From NCBI GenBank assembly GCA_028023455.1, contig JAQFVV010000009.1:13454001-13518000 (forward strand): 64,000 nt of DNA. The letters are read 5' to 3'. The stretch comes from Epiperipatus broadwayi. Taxonomy: Eukaryota; Animalia; Onychophora. The position numbers were made by a program, and so were the translations under genes. Positions within the stretch are counted from its first letter, which is position 1; each line of letters starts with the position of its first letter. Of the stretch, positions 53,331 through 64,000 are shown piece by piece. The notes below the pieces were generated by a model. It was not told where the DNA came from and ran no database searches. It saw only the letters and a program-made list of their open reading frames with translations.

Positions 53331-53919
53331 GATGCAAAGTATTTTATGAAGAAAAATTTTCTGCTGAAGAGATTAAAACACAGCAGCACAAAATATCAAA
53401 TAAACAAAAAAAAAAATAGAATATTCTATATGCTGATATACTTTTTTTTTTTTGGATAAAAATAACATTGGTAATAAATTATGATGAAACCACAACTATA
53501 TGTTCAGACATTATTATAAATTGTTAACCTCCAATGAAGTGTGATCCAAATTTGAAAAATGTTATACTCTAATATTCCACAATCATGATGACTAAACTGA
53601 TGAAGAATCCAGAACTTTATTTTCAAGAATGAAAATAAAAGCTTAAGCCATAAGAGAGCACAACTGAAGTAGATTGTCAAGTTTTAATCATGATGTTCCT
53701 TGGTAAAAATTTGAATATAGATATGGGTTGAACCATTCCTTCTTATTTCTTTTGAGTACAGTGTATTTCTTATTGTCAAATATTATGGAACAGCATGCAA
53801 ACCATATGATTCTTAGTGAGAGACTAATTACAGATACATTATAAGGTTGAAACTATTTTACATGTTTTTTTTAAGTAATTGCTTAAGGTTAATTGTATGT
53901 TTATAAAAAATGAATAGGC

Positions 53920-54192
53920 ATAGAGTGAGAAATATCCACAGGTTTGAAAAAGATATAGCATTCCTTGAATCGGTCATTAAGAAACATTTTGGTTGGAATT
54001 GTACTCTAAATTGAAAAAGAAATTTCAATTATGATTGAGAAGCACAAAGATTTTGGAGCTTGATTAGAATCTTAGCAATTGGCAGGGTTGTCCATAGATG
54101 TCTGGATAGATATCATCCTATTTAAATTTTTAAGTGATATGCCAACAAGAGATCTGATGTTATACTGATCAAATAGATCAGCATGCTCAATG
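53920..54192 (+). repeat. Dispersed repeat copy A (unclassified family)
   Basis: Shares exact blocks AAACATTTTGGTTGGAATTG, TGATATGCCAACAAGAGA and GATCAGCATGCTCAATG, in order, with the reverse complement of 61760-62055. Confidence 0.85.
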
Positions 54193-54517
54193 TGGACATA
54201 CTTGTGGAAATATATGTGAGCATACTTATTTTCATAGACTGATTTGTATGATCATTACAAAACCAATTTTTATAATAGTTTTTACTTTTTTTTTTTGTTT
54301 CTTGGAGTTCTAGAGTGGCTTTTTTTTTTTAAATACTATATTTATTCATCATTCATGCAGAAATAAACAAAAAAAAAGGCTTTATGCTTTAAATATTTAA
54401 AATAAACTATCAAGAAATCGGTATTATAATAGTAATATAGAATATCTTTAATAGAGTTTTGACTTTCTATTGAAAATAAAAGATCAATGCTAATCTTGAA
54501 ATCCATCATTTTAAATA

Positions 54518-54594
54518 AATTGGTAGTCGAGGTCAGCGACCGCTGCTTTACAAGCAGTTGTCCCGGGTTAGCGGGTTCGCTTCCCGGCTAATGC
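54518..54594 (+). ncRNA. tRNA-like element derived from tRNA-Gly, with TAC anticodon and extended T-arm
   Basis: Folds as partial acceptor ATTGG/CTAAT, D-stem GTCG/CGAC, anticodon stem GCTGC/GCAGT with loop TTTACAA, and T-stem CCGGG/CCCGG enclosing an extra AGCG/CGCT hairpin. 7 CpGs in about 75 nt. Confidence 0.6.
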
Positions 54595-55479
54595 TATGAC
54601 ACATGAGAAAAAAAATTTATTAGGGTAAAAAAATCAACAATTTGATAACTGAATAAAATGCAAAATGAATAGAATGTGAGATATTAAATTTTCTAAACTA
54701 CTATGTTTTTACTGTATTCTAACAATATTCAAAAATATCTATTATATTCTATTCCTAAATTGCTAAATTACAGTTACTATTTTTTTAATTTACAAGAAGA
54801 TTACTTGTGTGAGAATTAAAACTCAAATTATAAGTAGGTAAAATTAAGCTTACTGAATGTAATTAATCATAGTAAAGTGAGATATAAAAACTTAAGTTTC
54901 AATTTAATACAATTCAGGAAACTTTTAAAATTTATTCAATATTATTTATATTCAAACAGAAGTAAAATGCATTACTGAAAGTTTGCTTAGCTAACCTTTT
55001 GCAATCTATAAAAAATATAAATATAAATAGAAGATGAAAAATTCAATTCTAATAATTATATCAATACATTGTCCAATCTAAATTATTGATAATTATCTAC
55101 ATTTTGGAAAGAATTTAATTTGAAATATTCAAACTATTTATACCAATGGTCATTAAATACAGATTGCTAAATATAAATTTATTTAATCATAATAGCATGT
55201 TTTGTAGCATGCTTTCAATTACTGAGTAATGGTTTCAAAGTATATATAAAGTTATATTCATTGCTTTCCTGAAGATTATCAAAAATGATTTTAGGTTTAT
55301 AGTTGGTTTGTTAAAAATATTGCTTTAATTCATTCAACATATTTTCTTCGTCTTTTTGACATAAAATGAAAATGTGGTCAATATTAAAGATAAAATGATA
55401 GTCTAGGTTGGATTTTTTTTGTGGCATAGTTGCATATAATAAGCCAAATAAAAATTGAAGAAAGGTTCATAAAAATATT

Positions 55480-56570
55480 CCAAAGATATTTGGCAATTTT
55501 AGTAAAAGAAAAGTTTGATTAGGAGACAGCCTTAGAGCATTTAATTTTCTTAATGCTCATGAGTATTATAAGATGAGAAACCAAAATCACTTTAGAAACC
55601 CTTGTCCATCATGGCAAAACCATTAATAAAGAATATTTTCATTTGGAAATGAGAATTGCTTATAACTGGGATAGATAAGGAAACATTGGCTTTGATATAA
55701 TTAACAGTCTTATGAAAGTCCAAGTCAAAATACCCACAATATTTCAGGAGATAAGATGGGTCAAAAGATATGACATAAAATGAATGTCCCCAAAATTATA
55801 TTTTGGTAATCTATGTAATTATTTGTGAGATAAAAGAATCGAACATTCTAATTTTAGTAGTTGATAAAGACAATAATAATGTCTTTAAATATGTATATAT
55901 ATACAACAATGATAATTTCATTTCAAATTTAATTTTTATCTTAAGCATATTCAAGCTAGAAAGGCATACAAAATCTTATTCTCAATGACCAGCTACAAAA
56001 ATATAATTTTTTTATGTTGAATATAGTGAGTTTTTTTTTTTTAAAATACTTAATAATATTCAAGATTATTTATATTCTATATTTTTAATATCTTTAAAGA
56101 TAATGATTACAATATCTTTTTGGGCAAATATTTCCTAGATGTGGCAGAAATAAATTGTGAGCATTCAATTTTTTTTAATTTGAAATTCATATACATAGTA
56201 AAAGAAATGCTATAAGGAAAGATCCTGTGGAAACCCTTTGTAAGTAAAAAAGAGAATACTATATAATATTCGGTTAAATTATCTGAGCAAAAAAACTTAA
56301 TTTCAGGGATAATGCATATTTCCTGGATAATCACTTTTGTTTTCATTGTCTATTGATTCATTTGAAGCTTACGCTTTGCAATTACATAATTATTTATCTT
56401 ATTTTTACTTGACATTTTTTAAATTTACATGTTATGTTTGCTGCCTATAACAACTTTTACTAGCATCTATTTGATAAAAATCAATAAGCAAAAATATTTT
56501 AAATAAGAATATTTCAAAAAATTCCAATATCAAAGAAAAGCTAAGATTAAAAAAAAAAAGACCAATCCTG
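55480..56570 (-). mobile_element. Old LINE reverse-transcriptase remnant
   Basis: Minus strand gives KKAPGL (~56555) and GYFDLDFHKTVNYI (~55700), in the order expected for KAPGxD and D(F/L)xKAFDxV. Confidence 0.35.
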
Positions 56571-59500
56571 GTGCCTTTTTGACCGTGATCAATATCTCAA
56601 TGAATCTCTGAATATTGAGACATTAAACTGCTTTTAAGAGGATGGCAATAATCAAATATTGTCACTTGGTCAGGTACTCCATTTATTTTTGGGTAGATAA
56701 GTTTAAGATATGTACAGCAGAATACTGCATGAAGCTGATATTCCCAAGATTATAAAAACAAACAAATAATTATAAAGTGATATTAATATAGGTGAAAACC
56801 CTCCCCCTAAAAGAAAAGAAAATCAAAATGAAAAAAAAAAAGAATTTATGCTGCTGAATATAGCATTGTAAACAAAAATATTATTATTGTTTAAAAAATG
56901 ACATATTAAATAGTAAAAAAACCCAACAATGAGAAATATAGATAAAAACAGAATTCATACCTAAAAACAGATTCTATCATAGTGAATATCATTAATAAAG
57001 ATAATGAATATTTTTAAATGTTTGCCTATATAAAAAAAAATAATGAGCCATTGACTGTAACTAACTTAAAAATGCAATAGAATGATAAATCACCGGTCAA
57101 ATGTCACAACTTATTAAATAAATTTCTCACATATAGTTAGAATGCCATCTTCTAAAGCCATTGCTAAATCAAATGTAAACTGGAGAAAAACTTTGCAATT
57201 TTTTGAATGAGGTTATGCATATCCATACTTAGCTTGGTAGAGGTTCAAGATGCTCTCACATCTCAATCTTGTATGAAAAGACTAGATAAAACGCATAAAT
57301 CCAACATTGTTTCCTATACAATATTTTAAGCCTTTGTGCATAAGAATACTACTTAGAATCTCTTATAAAAATAATATATTGTGTATAAAAAGACACAAAT
57401 TTGCTTATGATAGTATAATCTATACATCCTTTAGCTTCAATAAATTAATAAATGGTTCTGTTAACCTTAATGATAGATAATATGACATCATACCTGACAA
57501 TGGTTGTGTAATAGTAATTTTTCATTCTTTGATAAAATATTGATAGTAATGAATATTTAAGATAATTATTATTATTATCATCATTCCAAAAAATGTGCCA
57601 AATTGCTTGTAATCATAGAATTGCTACTAATCAAACTATACAGAAATGCAAAAATTATTTATTTCTTGATAATCTTTTAGTAACATGATGTAAAATGTTA
57701 AAATAAATCATGGGCCTGGAAATCAAGGAATATCTTTGACTGGTAAGGAAGTCTACAACATATTATAATATTATTATTTTTTTGTTTTTAAATTCAGAAC
57801 ATCAACTCTAATCTTACCAACTCAGATTAATATATAACTTTTATTCTCCAATTAGCCATTACCAAAAACAAAAAAAATACGAATGATAATGATGTTAACA
57901 AATTATGTGACAGAGATAACAGAAGATTTTTCAAGCAAAAAATTTGCAACTTGCAGCTCTAAGTAAGTAATTAATCAGAATTATTAACTCTTAAAAAGTT
58001 TTGATCTACATAAAACAAAGTTTTTCAACAGTTTTTTCAAATCTTAGCCCTTTGCTGCAAAGAAGAAAAAAATTCAGATTAAAAAATCCTGCAAAATTAA
58101 AGTAAGGTATTATCCTCTGTATATTAATTAATTCATGAATTCAGAAAAAAATCAAATTGAAAAAAATATAAGACTGAAATATTCCTTATGAGTTCTACAA
58201 TTATCCAATCTTACCAAAACTGATATTCTAAGACAGGCTCAAATTCTTAAGACAGAATTCATGAATCTATAGACTGTTATATGAATGTCCAATCTCAACA
58301 ATATAAAAAAAAAAGCATGAGATAACTACTGAATAAACCTTAAGTAAAAAAATTTATTTTTCATTTTATAAATGTTAGCAATAAATGGGAGGAAAAAAAC
58401 AATGACACCATATGTATAAACCTCTCCAATCAGGAATTTGTCTTCTTCACACATCAAATTACAATGAAAAAATATTATTTATTTATCAAAAAATATCTAA
58501 GCATATATAAAATTAATTGTTTACAAGAAATTATAAAAGACATAAAGAACATAAAAATTTTGTCCAACTATACTTTGATCAAGTAAAAATGAGTAAACAT
58601 GTTTAAATCATTACATGACTGTTAAATATAACTTTACATGGGTTATCGATAGAAAGAATAATAGCACATAACGATTAGAAGAAATTACCCTCCTCATACG
58701 CATTCCTACTCATGGTATACTTGTATGTTATTTTCTCTTTTTTATACATAAAATTTTTTTTATTTAAAAAATATATATATATTGTCATACATCAATGAGT
58801 GATCCATTTACCATGACCAGCATACATAAGATATAAAGACAAAACAACCTTAAATAATCCATTGCAGAGACAAGCTTACCCATTATCCCTAAACAAATGA
58901 TTAGTGAAACAAAAGACTTTAGCTGAATGCTGCTGAAGAAGTTAGATATTTATTTAATGAGCAATAATTTGATGGGGAAAAATCCCACATTTGTTTGGAA
59001 AGTTTCCACTGCTTGAAAAATTTTCACTCATATTTAAATCTTAGGCTATAATAGTGAACTAGTAGTGTCATTTCTAGGCACAATCAAACCAAAAAATATT
59101 GCTGGAGTCTGCATAGTGGGAAGGTCAGCATTACAGTGAGCTTCATACTATAAAGCTGAAATGCAGAAGAGATTCAAAGAGCACAATGTCATAAGTACAT
59201 TGATCTGTTGAAAATGAAACAGTTAAAGATCTTAACAAACTTCTTAAAAGATTTCTCAAAGAGAAAAACATGAAAAATGTATTCAAATCTTAAAACATAA
59301 TTAAATAAAAGATGTAACAATATTAATTTTTTTTTTATGTTTATCAAAAATATATTTGTTTTATCTATTATTCTGAATGAAAATTTAAAATTATTTTTAC
59401 AATAATTTTGCATATATAATTTAAATTGTTTTATTTCTTCTTGGAATAGCTTAAGGGTTAATTAGAATTCAAACTACAGTATTTTTTATTTATTTTAATA

Positions 59501-61759
59501 GTGTGCAACTATCTTTGTATCAACATTATATTTACCACAAAAGTTGAGAAAATTGGGTATATTAACTTAAAAATTGATTATTAAAAAACTATATATTTTG
59601 ATGAATTAAATATATATATATTTAAGAGTTAATTTTGCTAATTTTCAATATGTGAGATTGTTAAATGGAACATAAAAATTCTATAAATTAATTTTTTTAG
59701 TAAGTTCAAAATCCCAAATAGTTGTTTTTTTTATTTATCAAATACTAATAAACACAAATTCATAACAATTAATTATAAATAAAATGGAGCAATAATAAAC
59801 GGTTTTCTTGGATAGAAAAAAAGATTGAGCCAACTCCTAGGCCAGTAGATAGCTTTCATCATATAACTACTTATTAAAACCTTTAAAACTAAATCCATTT
59901 CTCATATTTATTACTTAACTCTATTCCAGTTATCAATGAAATAATCTGGAAATATGTCTGATAAATTAAAAAAATTATTTTTCCATACAACAATTATTGG
60001 AAAATTAACTGCTTGGAACCGCTATGATTTCAAAACCATTTATTTTGGATTTGTCTATTTCTAACAACATTAGATCTGTAACTTTTTCAATTAAAAATCT
60101 AATAAAGCAAATATTTTTTAAAAATCAAGATTCTATCATTTTCTTTACCATGAAAATATTACAAACAATTTTTTGAGTTTTACAAAAAATTCTTTTCAAC
60201 TATTACAGAAATTTTGTAAAAAAAAAGTATAGGTGCAAATAGAGAATATTATTGCTTGCTAATAACTGCAATCATTATATATCCTTGACTAAGTTAGGAT
60301 ACAATTGAATGGTAGTTAAGTCTTCAAATTCCAATAAAAGCCAAAATTGTTCTATTAAGTACTGCAGAAACAGGGAGTTCTGGATATACTACTCATTACC
60401 TCAATAGCATAAATGCTGAAAACTACTCCTCCAATAAAAAAAACTCTAATAGAATTATTGCTTGGGAGTTTATAAAAAGTTCAAGCAACCAGAAGTACCA
60501 GAACTGGAATTGATTTCCATAGTTTGGACACTACCACTGCTCTAAATGATGCAGGATATTCTCAACAAAAAACCTAATACACGATTAAGACTTCACTTAA
60601 CATTGTAACATTAATATACGAATTATTGGAATAATGTCTTAACGTATTATATGCTAAATTATACATACAAAATATAATATCTATATGGTATGTAATATAT
60701 TAACATGTACATTATATATCATATACAAATGGTCATTCAGTGATTATAAAATTTTCAATACATGTTAGCATTCTTATTACATATTAATAAATTCGTTTGA
60801 CTATAGACATTAATTTGTGGTGAAGTCTCTAAATGGTGACTTTAATGTGTATTCTTTCTTAATACTGTAATTAATATTATACTTGACACTGCTTTTGTGT
60901 TTTTAATATAATTCTTGAAAGGCATTCAAATACAATTCTAAAAACTCCAATATAACTACAAAACTATATTGAATCAAAGATTTTCATATTTTATTTTGGT
61001 GATTTTTTTTTTTCTAGTTTCACATTTTTTAAAATTGCTTTATAAGATAATCAAAGATATATGAGATGATGGAAATAAATTGTGGCCATTTCGCAAAAAT
61101 ATTCACTTATATAAGATATATTTCATATCCATGTTGAAGCCAAATCTGAATTAAAGAAAAATCATGGAAAGATTTTAAAAAAATATATCATGCAATGGCC
61201 ATTGAATCAATTAATTACTTAGATACTGCTAATTACAGAAAAATATATCTGCATGCACGTACATGCAAAAGGATTCAATGCGACAAAATTTATTATGGAT
61301 TAAATAAAAAATACATCCCCTATAATATTTAAACCTAACTCTAACAGATGTTTATCAACTGACTACTACAAAAATTAAAATAAATAAAAACTGAAATACA
61401 ATTAAATTGCATAAGATCAAAATAAAATAACATAAAAATATCATACAAAAGTATGTGCAGCCCATGGAAACAATGGAAAGCATTGGCTTCCCTTACTAAA
61501 ACATTTTTTAATACTATATAAGATTTTCATACTTATATTTTATAAGTTTCCTTAACATTTTTTTCATAAAAAATATCAAAACTTTTATTATATATTAACT
61601 TCTTTCATAAAATAAGATCAAACATATTTTAGCTCATTGTTGAATGTTATATAGCTGTTTTTTCCAGATTACAGCACTCATGTTTTCTCACATTGTCGCA
61701 TCTCTAATACAATACTATCGCTTGCTTGATATCAGACAATCCTCTTTCAAAGATCATGC

Positions 61760-62055
61760 CATTGAGCATGCTGATCTACATCAAGTCTCTTGTTGGCATA
61801 TCATTTAGAGATTTAAACAAGATCACTTATCCACCCAAGCAGATAGGGATAAGCCTTCCGGTTCTAAGACTTTAACCAATTGCTCCTCAATCAATGAATA
61901 AAATTTCTGATTAATCTACTACAAGATGCAATTCCAACCAAAATGTTTTTCAACGACTGATTCAGCTAAATCTCAAACTCATATGTTTTGTGCAATAATT
62001 GTCCAGAAAAAATGCTACACTTTTTTCAAACCTGTTCTTATTTGTCATCTCTATA
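61760..62055 (-). repeat. Dispersed repeat copy B (inverted relative to copy A)
   Basis: Same three exact blocks as 53920-54192, on the minus strand. Confidence 0.85.
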
Positions 62056-63554
62056 TTTATTTGCATTTAATAAGCATACAATCAGCCTCAACCAATTGCT
62101 CATAAAATATGAAAATACTTTCAGCCTTATAATGCATCTAATTGTTCACACACTAAGAACCATGTAGCGTATATGTTGCTTCATGATATCTGACAATAAG
62201 AAATATACAATGTACTCAAAAGAAATAACAAAAAATGGTTCAACTCACATTTATTCTCTCTCAAATTTTTACAAGGAACATCATGAACAAAAATCTACAA
62301 TCTACCTTGATTGTGCACTCTCAGAATTTGAACTTTTATAATCAGTAACATTCCCTGTGAATTTTCATTTTTGAAAATAAATATTTGGACTCATCTATGT
62401 ATAAAGAATATCTTAAATGCATGGGAAGAGATTAGTTCGCAATCATGGTTGTGTAATATTTGAGTATGAATTTTGGTATATATCTCATTAACAGATGCAA
62501 TTGCCATAATTGCCATTAGTAAGTACTTAGAAATAAATAATGTTAGGAAAATAATTTTTAATATCATTAACATCCTGTGGAAGGTTGGCCACATAAAATG
62601 CTACACTCTTCAAATTTCTATTATTATTACTTAGAATTGAACAATTTATTGCATTGCCTGTTTCATTACTATATAATGTAGTTTCATCATAAATTTGCCT
62701 ATGTAGCTTAAATTTATTCTAATATATAGTTTTTGAATCAAATACATACAATTTTAAAAAGCTGTGACATTAATTATTGTGGTGATGTAAACAGTAGTTT
62801 GAAAATATTGGTAGTAGCTTATTATATTATTATTTTTCTCTGTGAAAGCAATTCTTAAATTAAAGCCCACTACGTAATAGAATACAAACTATTATCAAGG
62901 TATTTATAATAGCCTATATTGTATAGTATCTGTGCCATGAATGAATTGTACAATGCAGTAAATTTTCTACTGTTATTCAAATATTACTAAAAAAAATTTT
63001 TATTAAAATTATCAAATATCAGTAACTTAAGAATATTTGATTTGTTCTGCGTTTTACATATATTAGAATCATTGTAATTTCTAAATAAGTAAGTCTACTA
63101 ATAAACATTCCACAATTAATTTTCTATTGACAAGACTATTTGGATCTCTGAATTTTATTAAAAAAGCAGTAATAAAGACAATAAGACTAAAATCAGAAAT
63201 GGTCAATTTAAATAAAAAAAATTAAATCCTGTATTCAGCATTGCAATTCAATTTTTTAAAAAAAAAAAAAAAAACAAATTTTGTATGTTATGGCTTCTTG
63301 AATGAAACAACAACGTATGGAATTTAGCTGATTTTAATAATTTGATTAAAGTTCATAAGAAATATGAAGCATCTTTTAGATATTTTCATCTAAAACACTT
63401 GATTGGTTTCTATTTTGATTCATATTGAAAAATTGAATTATTTCTCTTTCTTTAATTTCACAGCAGTTAAATACAAAAACTACAAAAATCAGGATTTACT
63501 TCTAAACAGGACAAATTTTGCGATTATACATGATATGGATTGAAATTATAAATA

Positions 63555-64000
63555 CGGGTGAGTGATAAATTTCTTGACATTTGTTAAAAAAAAAAAACAG
63601 TGGATTTTTTCTTAGAAATTAAAGTTTAAAAAGTATTCGTATCAATAAATATTAATATTTTTAATGCTAATAAAATGTAAAAATAAAACTGTCAAATTAT
63701 ATAACCATGCCACTATTATCTATAGTATGTATACGCGCAGTAATTGGGATAGTTCAGGTAAAATGAAAATATTCCAACAGATGGCGTCTAAATATAAATT
63801 TGAAAAAGAACTCTCAGCTGAAATACTAATCGTTTTCATTGCTTGCTTGATAAAACATTAAACACGTGCTAGATATTCTAGAATAAAATCAATAGTAAAA
63901 AATAAAAGGGGAATTTACTTTAAGCCCTCTCAAAACTTTTAAACAATTTATTAAATAAAGAATCTTACCTCCAAAAGTGTGGCGCAAAACCAGGACAGCG
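63555..64000 (+). mobile_element. Probable left end of a mariner-like element running off the window
   Basis: TA followed by CGGGTGAGTGATAAA (mariner-style terminus), an internal CAGATGGCG, and CpG enrichment relative to the flank. The right end is not in the window. Confidence 0.4.

Noticed and set aside
60313-60510. About 65 open codons containing KIVLLSTAETG, faintly like ribosomal protein L33
   Set aside because: Similarity is limited to a few residues; no start codon or splice support.
2060-63861. The remaining 60-101 aa ORFs in the track
   Set aside because: Compositionally biased (I/L/F/K/N/Y-rich), many with TTG/GTG starts, at about the frequency expected by chance; no domains recognised beyond the TE fragments listed.
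1-64000. CRISPR arrays, rRNA genes, operons, telomeric arrays
   Set aside because: None seen; the tandem repeats lack unique spacers and the sequence is eukaryotic in character.

Overview
Very AT-rich, visibly CpG-depleted eukaryotic (most likely animal) genomic DNA, mostly intergenic or intronic and littered with old transposon fossils (RTE LINEs, Tc1/mariner, hAT, a pogo/Tigger-type MITE, tRNA-derived elements). The dominant feature is a full-length, 6.3-kb L1/Tx1-clade non-LTR retrotransposon (33150-39441, +) bounded by a perfect 20-bp target-site duplication. It looks young (CpG-rich, identical TSDs) and has an intact 881-aa ORF1, but its APE-RT ORF2 carries one nonsense codon and four frameshifts. 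No host protein-coding gene can be called with confidence; two isolated candidate exons are flagged (an alanine-racemase-like motif and a hydrophobic terminal exon). Almost all short ORFs in the track are noise or pieces of decayed transposons. All calls come from reading and translating by eye; no searches were run, and boundaries of the old remnants are approximate.
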